Shown: piece after piece, positions 9,701 through 19,125 of the stretch
Position numbering within the stretch: the first letter of the stretch is position 1
Layout: each line of letters starts with the position of its first letter
DNA from: Patescibacteria group bacterium
Lineage (GTDB): Bacteria; Patescibacteriota; Patescibacteriia; Patescibacteriales; UBA12465
Direction of reading: 5' to 3'
DNA length: 64,000 nucleotides
Assembly: GCA_050949525.1 (NCBI GenBank)
Contig: JBMNFW010000001.1
Coordinates: 207,890-271,889 of the forward strand
The notes under the pieces: model-generated
What the model was told of the DNA's origin: nothing
What the model saw: only the letters and a program-made list of their open reading frames with translations
The model's database searches: none
Position numbers and translations under genes: made by a program

Positions 9701-9791
9701 GATTAATTTATTTAAGTTTTAAAAAATGGTTAAATTTTAATTAAGATGCTTTAATTAAGATATATAAATATTAATTATTAAATTTATTTTT

Positions 9792-10817
9792 ATGTCAAAA
9801 GATAAAAAGACTAAAGAATTAAAAAATGATAAATCTGAAGCGGCAGCTTTAGCTATGCAACAGATTAAAACTAAATTTGGTGATGGAGCTATAATGAAAT
9901 TTGGTGAAGCTCGAAAGGTTAATGTTGACGCTATTTCTACTGGTTGTTTATCTTTAGATTTAGCCTTTGGTATTGGTGGTGTGCCTCGAGGTAGGATTAT
10001 TGAAATTTTTGGACCCGAATCTTCTGGAAAAACTACTCTAGCTCAACACATTGTAGCTGAGGTTCAAAAAACAGGTGGAATTGCTGCTTTTGTGGATGCA
10101 GAGCATGCTTTAGATCCAGATTATGCTGAGAAAATTGGTATCAATGTTAAGGAAATGTTAATTTCTCAACCAGATACCGGAGAACAAGCCTTAGAGATTG
10201 TTGAAACTTTAGTTCGATCTAATGCGGTGGATGTTATTGTGGTTGATAGTGTGGCGGCGTTAGTGCCTCAAAAAGAAATTGAAGGTGATATGGGAGATCA
10301 GCACATGGGTCTTCAAGCTCGTTTAATGAGTCAAGCTTTAAGAAAGTTAACTGGTATTGTAGCTAAAACTAAAACAGTAGTTATCTTTATTAATCAAATT
10401 AGAAATAAAATAGGAGTATTCTTTGGTAATCCTGAAACTACTAGTGGAGGGAATGCTTTAAAATTTTATTCTTCAGTTCGGGTAGAGGTTCGACGCAGTG
10501 CTCAAATTAAACAAGGTGATCGGATTATTGGAAATCGAGTTAAAGCTAAGGTGGTTAAGAATAAGGTCGCTGCTCCTTTTAAGTCCACTGAGTTTGATAT
10601 TATGTATAATGAAGGTATTTCTGTAGCCGGTGATTTAATAGATTTAGGAGTTGAGTATGCGGTGATTAAAAAATCAGGTAATTCTTATTCTTTTGGGAGT
10701 AATAAATTAGGGGTGGGACGAGAAGCTGCTAAAAATAATTTAAAAACTCAAGAAAAATTAATGAAGGAAATTAGAGCCAAAATATTAGAGGAGTATAATA
10801 AGTCAGATAAAAAATAA
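9792..10817 (+). CDS. recA: Recombinase RecA
   Basis: Walker [23 protein letters not shown]1/L2 loop regions. Full-length colinearity with RecA. Confidence 0.97.
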   Translation: MSKDKKTKELKNDKSEAAALAMQQIKTKFGDGAIMKFGEARKVNVDAISTGCLSLDLAFGIGGVPRGRIIEIFGPESSGKTTLAQHIVAEVQKTGGIAAFVDAEHALDPDYAEKIGINVKEMLISQPDTGEQALEIVETLVRSNAVDVIVVDSVAALVPQKEIEGDMGDQHMGLQARLMSQALRKLTGIVAKTKTVVIFINQIRNKIGVFFGNPETTSGGNALKFYSSVRVEVRRSAQIKQGDRIIGNRVKAKVVKNKVAAPFKSTEFDIMYNEGISVAGDLIDLGVEYAVIKKSGNSYSFGSNKLGVGREAAKNNLKTQEKLMKEIRAKILEEYNKSDKK

Positions 10818-10819
10818 TT

Positions 10820-11500
10820 ATGCTTCATGTTTTATCTTTAGGTGGTTCCTTATTTTCTTTAGCTGATGGCTTAAATTTAAAATTTTTAAAGGAGTTTAAA
10901 AAATTGATTATAAAGCGAGTTGCCCTGGGAGATAAATTTATTATTGTGGTGGGCGGAGGAGCTTTAGCTCGTAGTTATATAAAAGTAGCTGGTGATTTAA
11001 ATCCTAGTTTAACGGATGAAAATAAAGATTATCTTGGTATTGATGCTACTATTATTAATGCTAATTTATTTAAGATGATTTTTTCTGAGCTTGCTCGTCC
11101 ACAACTTTTAAGTAATCCTAATAAAAAAGAAAGATTAAATAAGGCTTTAAATTTTTCTGGGGGTTATAAACCTGGAGCTTCAACTGATTTTGTAACAGCT
11201 AGATTAGCCAAAACTTATCAAGTCGATACTATTGTTAATCTATCTAATATTGATTATGTCTATGATCGAGATCCTAATAAATTTCCTGAAGCTCAAGTTA
11301 TAAAAAAAATGAGATGGTCGGAATTTCTAAATATTAGTGGAGATAAGTGGTCCGCTGGTTTAAATCTTCCTTTTGATCCAATTGCTTCTAAGTTTTGCCA
11401 GAAGAATAATAAAAAAGTAATAATTCTTAATGGTCGGAATATCAGAAATTTAGAAAATTATTTTCTTAATAAAAAATTTAAAGGAACGGTAATATATTAA
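10820..11500 (+). CDS. pyrH: UMP kinase, archaeal-type (amino-acid kinase fold)
   Basis: 226 aa. LGGS...VVGGGALAR.Y, GGYKPGASTD and NIDYVYDRDP motifs parallel archaeal PyrH. Confidence 0.65.
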   Translation: MLHVLSLGGSLFSLADGLNLKFLKEFKKLIIKRVALGDKFIIVVGGGALARSYIKVAGDLNPSLTDENKDYLGIDATIINANLFKMIFSELARPQLLSNPNKKERLNKALNFSGGYKPGASTDFVTARLAKTYQVDTIVNLSNIDYVYDRDPNKFPEAQVIKKMRWSEFLNISGDKWSAGLNLPFDPIASKFCQKNNKKVIILNGRNIRNLENYFLNKKFKGTVIY

Positions 11501-11511
11501 TTTAAAAAAAT

Positions 11512-11841
11512 ATGAGTAAAGAAAAAAAGTCTTTTTCTTTTTTTAAGGGGCTTATTGCTTTCTTAAAAGAATATTCAGTTTTAGGCTTGGCCATCGGTTT
11601 AATAATTGGACAAGCTTCTAAGGATTTAGTTGACTCCATTGTTAATGGTCTTTTTATGCCTTTAATTCAGTTAATAATATCAAAAGATAATTTTGCTGAT
11701 CTTAGCGTTAAGATTGGTGATGCTAGCCTAGAGTTTGGTTTAGTTTTAAGCTCTTTTTTAACTTTTGTTATTGTTATGAGTTTGCTTTATTTTATTGTTA
11801 AGAAGATTATAAAAAATGATCAACTCTTATCAAAAAAATAA
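11512..11841 (+). CDS. mscL: Large-conductance mechanosensitive channel MscL
   Basis: 109 aa, FKEYSVLGLAIGLIIGQA TM1 signature, second TM helix, basic C-terminus. Confidence 0.8.
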   Translation: MSKEKKSFSFFKGLIAFLKEYSVLGLAIGLIIGQASKDLVDSIVNGLFMPLIQLIISKDNFADLSVKIGDASLEFGLVLSSFLTFVIVMSLLYFIVKKIIKNDQLLSKK

Positions 11842-12310
11842 AATTATACTTGGTTTAGATCCTGGAATTGCTGATACTGGTTTTGGTGTTATTTCAGTGG
11901 CTGGAAGTAAGATTAGTAGCCTGGATTATGGTTCTATAAAAACTAGTCCGAAGGATGATTTTTTAGATCGGCTTTTAAAATTAGATCAAGAACTAAAGAA
12001 AATTATTGATAAATATCAGCCTGATTTAGTTTGCATTGAAAAACTTTTCTTTAATAATAATGCTAAAACTGCTTTAATAGTTGGTCAAGCTCGAGGGGTT
12101 TTAATGTTACGAATTAAGAAAAGTGGTGCGAAGTTATTAGAACTTACTCCTCTACAGATTAAGCAGGGTATTAGCTGTTTTGGTCGAGCTGATAAAAATC
12201 AAGTTAAAAAAATGATAAAATTAATTTTAAATTTAAAAGAAGTTCCTAAGTCTGATGATGCGGCTGATGCTTTAGCGGCGGCTATCTGTGCTTCTAATTT
12301 AAAAATATGA
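11816..12310 (+). CDS. ruvC: Crossover junction endodeoxyribonuclease RuvC
   Basis: ILGLDPG..TGFGVI catalytic Asp motif, C-terminal DAADALAAAIC. 26-nt overlap with mscL. Confidence 0.85.
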   Translation: MINSYQKNKIILGLDPGIADTGFGVISVAGSKISSLDYGSIKTSPKDDFLDRLLKLDQELKKIIDKYQPDLVCIEKLFFNNNAKTALIVGQARGVLMLRIKKSGAKLLELTPLQIKQGISCFGRADKNQVKKMIKLILNLKEVPKSDDAADALAAAICASNLKI

Positions 12311-13770
12311 AAAAAATGAAAATAGTTCATGTAGTGGCCGAAGTATCTCCTTTTTCAAAAACCGGCGGTTTAGGAGATGTGGCTCGAAGTTTACCTAAAG
12401 CTTTATTTCGTTTAGGTCACGAAGTTTCAGTTATTACTCCCTTATATGGTCGAATAATTGATAAGAAAAAACATAATTTAAAACTAATTTTTAAGGATAT
12501 TAATTTAGTAGTTGATACTGAAACTTCAGTTAAAATTAATGTTTGGCGAGGGTCCTTAATTGATGGTTTAGCAGTTTATTTTATTGAAAATAAAGAGCAT
12601 TTTTCTAAGTATAAAAAGATATATGTTTCTTCTAAGGATAATCTTCGTTTTTTGATTTTTAATTTAGCGGCTTTAAGGCTTTTAAATTTATTAAATAATA
12701 AGCCTGATATTATTCATTGTCATGATTGGCACACTGGATTAGTCCCTTATTTTATTAAAAATAAACATCGTTATACTAAAAATCTAGGATCAGTCAAAAC
12801 TATTTTTACTATTCATAATTTAGCTTTTCAAATGGGGCGTTCTTGGTATAGTATCCCATCGGAAAAAAAGGATTATGGTCGTCGTAAATTACCTTTAAGT
12901 ACTGATGATGATATTTATAATATTAACTTTGCTAAGCGAGCTATTCTAACAGCTGATATTATTAATACAGTTAGTGAACGGTATCGAGAGGAGATTATGA
13001 CTAAAAAATTTGGTCAAGATCTTCATCGAATTTTAAGGAATCGAGAAAATCGTTTATTCGGCATTATTAATGGTATTGATTATAATTCCTATAACCCTAA
13101 AAAGGACCAGGCTTTATATAAACGGTATAGTTTTGATGATCATCATTTAAAAAGTGAGAATAAAAAATATTTACAAAAAAAGTTAGGCTTTACGATTGAT
13201 GAAAATATACCATTTTTTTGTTCCACTTCTCGTATTGCTTATCAAAAAGGCTTTGATATTATTCTAGCCACCTTACCTCATTTATTAAAACTGGATGTTC
13301 AAATTATTTTTATAGGTGATGGTGATCATAATTATATTAAGGAGATTAAAAAATTAGTTAAGAAGTATCCTAAAAAAATTGCTTGGTGGCCATTTTTAAA
13401 GAATCAGAAAAAAGAAACCTTACTTTATGCGGCTTCTGATTTTTTTATTCTTCCTTCTTATTATGAGCCTTGTGGTATAAATCAAATGATTGCTATGAGA
13501 TATGGAGCTATACCAATTGTTCGAGATATTGGTGGCCTTTATGATACGGTTAGTAATTTTAGCCCCTTAACTAATAAGGGAACTGGTTTTGTATTTAAAC
13601 CAGCCGATGAGTTTGCCTTTTTCTGGGCTATTACTAGAGCTTTAGAGAATTATAAATACAAAAAAGTTTGGGCTAATTTAGTTAGTCGAGCGATGCGTCG
13701 TTCTAGTAGTTGGGAGATTCCAGCTCAAAAATATGTAAAATTATATAAGAGAGCTTTAAAGTTAAAATAA
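12307..13770 (+). CDS. glgA: Glycogen/starch synthase (GT5)
   Basis: N-terminal E.SPFSKTGGLGDV motif, C-terminal PS.YEPCG..Q. ATGA overlap with ruvC. Confidence 0.9.
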   Translation: MKKMKIVHVVAEVSPFSKTGGLGDVARSLPKALFRLGHEVSVITPLYGRIIDKKKHNLKLIFKDINLVVDTETSVKINVWRGSLIDGLAVYFIENKEHFSKYKKIYVSSKDNLRFLIFNLAALRLLNLLNNKPDIIHCHDWHTGLVPYFIKNKHRYTKNLGSVKTIFTIHNLAFQMGRSWYSIPSEKKDYGRRKLPLSTDDDIYNINFAKRAILTADIINTVSERYREEIMTKKFGQDLHRILRNRENRLFGIINGIDYNSYNPKKDQALYKRYSFDDHHLKSENKKYLQKKLGFTIDENIPFFCSTSRIAYQKGFDIILATLPHLLKLDVQIIFIGDGDHNYIKEIKKLVKKYPKKIAWWPFLKNQKKETLLYAASDFFILPSYYEPCGINQMIAMRYGAIPIVRDIGGLYDTVSNFSPLTNKGTGFVFKPADEFAFFWAITRALENYKYKKVWANLVSRAMRRSSSWEIPAQKYVKLYKRALKLK

Positions 13771-13775
13771 TTTTT

Positions 13776-14936
13776 ATGTTAAAGTGGATTAATTTTTTAC
13801 ATTTATATCAACCAGTAAACTCTGATGCTTATAAAATAGAGGAGGCTTTAAATTTAAGCTATCGTCGCATTTTTCAAGCTCTAGAAGATAATAGAAACAT
13901 AAAATTTACTTTTAATATTTCCGGAGGATTGATTAGTCGTTTAGCTGATTTAAAAGAGGGGAGGAAATTAATCACTAAGATTAATAAATTAATTAATCGG
14001 GGTCAGGTAGAGTTAGTCGGTTCCGCTGCTTATCATGCTTTATTACCATTAATAAGTGAGGCTGAGGTTATTGATCAAATAAAGGAGCAAGAGTTGATTA
14101 TAAAAAAACATTTTCCTCAGGCTAAATTAAAAGGGTTTTTTTTGCCAGAAATGGCTTTTAGTTCTAAAGTTGCTAAGATTATTAAGGCTCAATCTTATCA
14201 ATGGTTAATATTAGATGAAATTTCTTATGCTGGGAAAGAAAAAATTAATTATCAAGAAACTTATTTAGATTCGTTTAGTAATTTAAAAATTATTTTTCGT
14301 TCTCGTCGTTTTTCAAATTCCTATATTCCTGAAACAGTCGAAACTTTACTCAATAATGATATGGTATTAATAACGGCTAGTGATGGAGAGCTTCATGGTC
14401 TTCGGCATCATGATTTGAATGGATCTTTAGAGCGAGTTTTGAAAAACTCTAAAATTGAAACTAGATTAATTTCTGATTTTATTAAGAACTTTAAAAATCC
14501 GAAGAAAATTAATCTCAGGTCTAGTAATTGGGAGTCCACTATTGATCAGCTTAAAGCTCGAAAACCTTTTTATCTTTGGTATAATAAAGATAATGAGATA
14601 CAAATGAAATTATGGAAATTAGCTCAATTGAGTGAAAAAATGATTAATAAATATCCTAAGGATATTAATCATTCTTGGGCTCGTTGGCATTTTGTTAGAG
14701 GTTTAGCTAGTTGTACTTTTTGGTGGGCTAGTGCTTATGATTTTAAACATAATTTTGGTCCCAAGGCTTGGAGTCCTGATGAAATCGAGCGGGGGGTCGA
14801 TGAGTTTATTCGAGCTATTCGATCTTTAGAAAATTCTACTACTTTAAGGGAAAAAAGATCTTCTGAAGAGTTATTAATATTAATTAAGAGATTGGTCTGG
14901 TTAGAGCACTGGACTTATCAGAAAAAATATGAATAA
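13776..14936 (+). CDS. Glycoside hydrolase family 57-like protein
   Basis: LHLYQP N-terminal signature, FFLPEMAF (nucleophile-region-like) and SDGELHG motifs. Position directly after glgA. Confidence 0.6.
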   Translation: MLKWINFLHLYQPVNSDAYKIEEALNLSYRRIFQALEDNRNIKFTFNISGGLISRLADLKEGRKLITKINKLINRGQVELVGSAAYHALLPLISEAEVIDQIKEQELIIKKHFPQAKLKGFFLPEMAFSSKVAKIIKAQSYQWLILDEISYAGKEKINYQETYLDSFSNLKIIFRSRRFSNSYIPETVETLLNNDMVLITASDGELHGLRHHDLNGSLERVLKNSKIETRLISDFIKNFKNPKKINLRSSNWESTIDQLKARKPFYLWYNKDNEIQMKLWKLAQLSEKMINKYPKDINHSWARWHFVRGLASCTFWWASAYDFKHNFGPKAWSPDEIERGVDEFIRAIRSLENSTTLREKRSSEELLILIKRLVWLEHWTYQKKYE

Positions 14937-15963
14937 AGCTAGAAAATTATTAGATAAGGATTACGTCCTCAGTCTTTTTAAGAGAAAGATTTTACCGCTT
15001 TATCCTGATTTTAATAAAATTGATAAAATAAAAATAATTTCACATAAGAAGAATATTTGGATTAGTACTTATCACATAGTTTTTGAGTATCGAGTTTCTT
15101 TTTCTAATAAAAATTATCCTCAAAAAAGAGCTAAGAGTTTTTCTTTTTTTGTCACAGCTCATTCTAATGAACCTCGAAAAAATGTTCATGATGTATTAAC
15201 TTATCTTTGGGACCAAGGTTTTTCTAAGGGTTATTTATTAATTCCTAAACCTCTGTTTTATTCTAAGTATTTTAATGCGTCTTTTTATCGCGGAGTTCAA
15301 GGTGAGAATCTTTTACAGATTATTAAAAGGGGAAATAAAATAGAGATAGAGGATATGGTAAAAAAGACGGCTCAATGGTTGGTTAAACTTCATCGCTTAA
15401 AAGTTCCTTCCGATTTATCTTATAATAAAAAGAATAATAAGATTAAGACTGTTTTACCTGGTTATCAAGAAGCTTTAAGAAATTTAAAAGAAAAACATGA
15501 GGGAAAATATTTTACTGAAGTTAAAAAAATTTATGATTGTTTAATTGAATTAGAGGAAGATTTTTTTAATTTAAGTCATAAGAGATGGTTGGTTCATGGT
15601 GATGTTCATCCTGAGAATATTATTAAAATGAGTGATCGAAAAATAGCTTTTATTGATTTTGCTGATTTATGTGTATCTGATTTTGCTCGAGATTTAGGAA
15701 CCTTTGTTCAGCAACTTGATTATAAATTAAGTCAAAATAATTATTCCAAGGTTTTTATTAACAAAGTTAATAAAGTTTTTTTGGAAATTTATTGTCAGGG
15801 AGCTAAAATTAAGTATAATGCTAGACTGGAAGAGAGAATTAAGCTATATTATTCTTGGACAGCTTTAAGATCAGCCTTATACTGGCTATTAAAACATGAG
15901 CCTCAACCTGATCGAGTGGATTCTTTATTGCTGGATATAAAGAAGAAAGTAAAAATTAAATAA
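14929..15963 (+). CDS. Phosphotransferase of the APH/choline-kinase-like protein-kinase fold
   Basis: Catalytic loop HGDVHPENI and metal-binding IDFADL motifs. 8-nt overlap with the GH57 gene. Confidence 0.6.
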   Translation: MNKARKLLDKDYVLSLFKRKILPLYPDFNKIDKIKIISHKKNIWISTYHIVFEYRVSFSNKNYPQKRAKSFSFFVTAHSNEPRKNVHDVLTYLWDQGFSKGYLLIPKPLFYSKYFNASFYRGVQGENLLQIIKRGNKIEIEDMVKKTAQWLVKLHRLKVPSDLSYNKKNNKIKTVLPGYQEALRNLKEKHEGKYFTEVKKIYDCLIELEEDFFNLSHKRWLVHGDVHPENIIKMSDRKIAFIDFADLCVSDFARDLGTFVQQLDYKLSQNNYSKVFINKVNKVFLEIYCQGAKIKYNARLEERIKLYYSWTALRSALYWLLKHEPQPDRVDSLLLDIKKKVKIK

Positions 15964-15969
15964 AATAAA

Positions 15970-16884
15970 ATGCTGATTGATCTACAATTACATTCTACAT
16001 TTTCTGATGGTTATTTAAGTCCTAGTGAGTTGGTTGATTTTGCTAAAGAGAGAAGTATAAAAGTTATTTCCTTAACCGATCATCATACTACGGCTGGTTT
16101 AGAAGAGTTTCGGCAAGCCGCTAAAAGAGCTAATATTAAAACTATTGATGGAGTGGAGCTTTATCTTAAATATCGAGGCCGAGGATTTAATGCAGTTTGG
16201 TATAATTTTTCTTTAAATAATGAAAAATTAGAACGAGTATTATCTGATGTTCGCCGTCGCCGCATCATTTTAGTTAGAAGAAGTTTAAAAAGGTTAAAAG
16301 AGGCCGGTTATAAAATAGATATTGAGAAGATTTTATCTAGCTTTGATAATTATATTCCGGTTAACCGTTTGGCCGAGATGGTGATGAGTGATAAACATAA
16401 TTATGATTTAGTGGTTAAGAGCTTAAGAGCTAAGACTCCTAAGGGAACTAGATTAATATTACCTCTTAGAGAGGAGAGTGTTTTATCAGAATTATTTTTT
16501 AATCGTAAAAGGGGAGTTTTAAAAGAAGCTTATATTAGCGCTGAAAGAATAGTAAAGATAAAAGCGGAGGTTGGAGGGCAGATTGTATTTGCTCACCCTG
16601 GGAAGTATAATAAATATACTAATAATATGACTGAGAGATTACAAAAAATAGGGTTAATTGATGGAATTGAAGTTCTTTCTCCTCATCATAATATTGGGGC
16701 TATTATGTATTCTCAATTTTTAGCTGAGAAATTAGATTTAATTGCTACTGGTGGATCTGATTTTCATCTTTTTGAAAAAGATGTTCCTATTAATGATGCT
16801 TGGGATTGGTTTAAAATTGATGATCAATATTTAAGACGAATAGATGAAATTATAAATTATAAAAAATATGGCCAAAAAAAATAA
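15970..16884 (+). CDS. PHP-domain metal-dependent phosphoesterase (TrpH/YciV-like)
   Basis: IDLQLHSTFSDG and LTDHHT N-terminal PHP His/Asp motifs, AHPGKY, GGSDFH C-terminal motif. Confidence 0.7.
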   Translation: MLIDLQLHSTFSDGYLSPSELVDFAKERSIKVISLTDHHTTAGLEEFRQAAKRANIKTIDGVELYLKYRGRGFNAVWYNFSLNNEKLERVLSDVRRRRIILVRRSLKRLKEAGYKIDIEKILSSFDNYIPVNRLAEMVMSDKHNYDLVVKSLRAKTPKGTRLILPLREESVLSELFFNRKRGVLKEAYISAERIVKIKAEVGGQIVFAHPGKYNKYTNNMTERLQKIGLIDGIEVLSPHHNIGAIMYSQFLAEKLDLIATGGSDFHLFEKDVPINDAWDWFKIDDQYLRRIDEIINYKKYGQKK

Positions 16885-19117
16885 TAAAGAGAAAAACATA
16901 GACAATGATAACAGAATTAAGCTTAGTATTATTTCTTGGATAATATTTGTTTTAGGTTTGATTAGTTTTTTATCCATTTTATCCTTAGCCGGATCTTTTG
17001 GAGTTTTTTTAGATCGTTCTTTGTCTTTAGGTTTTGGTTGGGGAAAGTGGCTTTTTCCAGTTTTTTTAGTGGTTTTAAGTTTAGCTTTATATCGTCGCCA
17101 GAATTTTTTCTCTAAAAAATCTAATTATATTGGATTATCTTTATTTTTTGTTTTTTTATTAGCTCTTTTTCATTTCTTTTTTGAGAGTAGTATTAGTTTA
17201 GAAAAAGCTAAAGATGGTGTTGGGGGTGGCTATTTAGGTTATGGATTAAGTTATTTATTAAATAGTATCTTTGGTTTTTGGGGTGGACTTTTAATTATTT
17301 TAGCTATCATGGTTTTAGCTGTTATTCTACTTTTTAATATTACTTTATCTGAATTATTTTTTATTAGAAAGATAAAAATAAAAAAGCCTCAAATTCTTTC
17401 TGCTAAAGAAAAAGAGATTGATTCAGTTGAGGTTGAAGAGGAGGTTCCTGATTTAAATCTAGAATCGGAAGAATTAGTAGAAGAGGTTTTATTTTCTAAA
17501 AAAGAAATTGGAGCTAAAGAAGAAAAAAAGGAAAAAATTGAGAAGCCTCAATGGAAAACTAAGGGGATTAAAACTGATTTACCTCTCGATCTCTTAAGTA
17601 GTAAAAAAGATCGAGCGACCAGTGGTGATATTAATAAAAATTCTTTAATTATTCAGAGAACTTTAGAAAATTTTGGTATCTCAGTTGAGATGGGAGATGT
17701 TAGTGTCGGACCAACTGTAACTCAATATACTTTTAAGCCCTCCGAAGGAATTAAGCTTTCTCGTATTACTAGTTTAAATAATGATCTTTCTTTAGCTTTG
17801 GCAGCTCATCCCATTAGGATTGAAGCCCCCATACCGGGTCAAGCTTTAGTAGGAATTGAAGTGCCTAATAAGGCTAAAGCTATTGTTGGTTTACGAGAAA
17901 TATTAGAAGATGACAGCTTTAAAAATCGATCTAGTAATTTGATGGCGGCTTTAGGTAAAGATGTTTCTGGTTGTAATATTATCTATGATATTAGTAAAAT
18001 GCCTCATTTATTAGTAGCTGGGGCGACTAATTCAGGAAAGTCGGTGTGTTTAAATACTATTATTGTTAGTTTATTATATCAAAATAGTCCGGAGTCCTTA
18101 CGTTTTATTATGGTTGATCCTAAAAGAGTTGAGTTGCCAGTATATAATGGTATTCCTCATTTATTAACTCCAGTTATTACTGAGGTTAGTAAAACTATTA
18201 ATGCTTTAAGATGGTGTTTAAATGAAATGGATCGTCGTTATGAACTTTTAAATCAAGCTGGTAAGAAAAATATTCAAAGTTATAATCAATCGTCTAATGA
18301 AAAATTACCCTATATTATTTTTATTATTGATGAATTAGCTGATTTAATGGTAGCGGCCGCTAAAGATATTGAGGCTAGTGTAATTAGATTAACTCAAATG
18401 TCTCGTGCAGTCGGTATACATTTAATTTTAGCGACTCAAAGACCAAGTGTTGATGTTATTACTGGCCTTATTAAAGCTAATACTCCTTCTCGAATTGCTT
18501 TTTTTGTAGCTTCAGCGGTGGATTCTAAAACTATTCTAGATTCTTCTGGAGCTGAAAAATTATTAGGTAAGGGTGACATGCTTTTTTCAACGGCGGAACT
18601 TTCTAAACCTAAAAGAATTCAAGGAGCTTATGTTGATGATAATGAAATTTTAAATATTACTAATTATTTAAAAGATAAATATGGTCCGGTTGATTATTTA
18701 GAGGGTATAGTAGAGCGACAAAAAGTAAGTGGTATTGGTGGGGTTGGTTTAGATGGTTTAAGAGGGGATGAAGATGAATTATTAGAAGAAGCTAAGGATA
18801 TAGTTATTAGTTCTAAAAGAGCTTCAACCTCTTTATTACAACGAAGACTTCGAATCGGTTATTCTCGAGCAGCTAGTATTTTAGATATGTTAGAAGAGGC
18901 TGGTATTGTTGGGCCACCGAATGGCTCTAAGCCTCGAGAGATATTAGTTTCGGCTGAATCTAATTTGGCTGGAGCTAGTCTTCATAAAAGGGAAGAGTCA
19001 GAGGCTCCAGATCGCTATCTTTATGAAGAAGAAGAGAGTCCTCTAGTTTTAGATGAGGAAGAGCCACCAGAGGATGAAGAGGAGGAAGAGGATATAGCTC
19101 GATATTATTCTCGTTAA
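16868..19117 (+). CDS. ftsK: DNA translocase FtsK/SpoIIIE with acidic C-terminal tail
   Basis: N-terminal TM helices, Walker A GATNSGKS, Walker B IFIIDELADL, gamma wHTH (STSLLQRRLRIGYSRAASILDMLEEAGIV), then a 54-aa Glu/Asp-rich tail. Confidence 0.9.
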   Translation: MAKKNNKEKNIDNDNRIKLSIISWIIFVLGLISFLSILSLAGSFGVFLDRSLSLGFGWGKWLFPVFLVVLSLALYRRQNFFSKKSNYIGLSLFFVFLLALFHFFFESSISLEKAKDGVGGGYLGYGLSYLLNSIFGFWGGLLIILAIMVLAVILLFNITLSELFFIRKIKIKKPQILSAKEKEIDSVEVEEEVPDLNLESEELVEEVLFSKKEIGAKEEKKEKIEKPQWKTKGIKTDLPLDLLSSKKDRATSGDINKNSLIIQRTLENFGISVEMGDVSVGPTVTQYTFKPSEGIKLSRITSLNNDLSLALAAHPIRIEAPIPGQALVGIEVPNKAKAIVGLREILEDDSFKNRSSNLMAALGKDVSGCNIIYDISKMPHLLVAGATNSGKSVCLNTIIVSLLYQNSPESLRFIMVDPKRVELPVYNGIPHLLTPVITEVSKTINALRWCLNEMDRRYELLNQAGKKNIQSYNQSSNEKLPYIIFIIDELADLMVAAAKDIEASVIRLTQMSRAVGIHLILATQRPSVDVITGLIKANTPSRIAFFVASAVDSKTILDSSGAEKLLGKGDMLFSTAELSKPKRIQGAYVDDNEILNITNYLKDKYGPVDYLEGIVERQKVSGIGGVGLDGLRGDEDELLEEAKDIVISSKRASTSLLQRRLRIGYSRAASILDMLEEAGIVGPPNGSKPREILVSAESNLAGASLHKREESEAPDRYLYEEEESPLVLDEEEPPEDEEEEEDIARYYSR

Positions 19118-19125
19118 ATAATATT

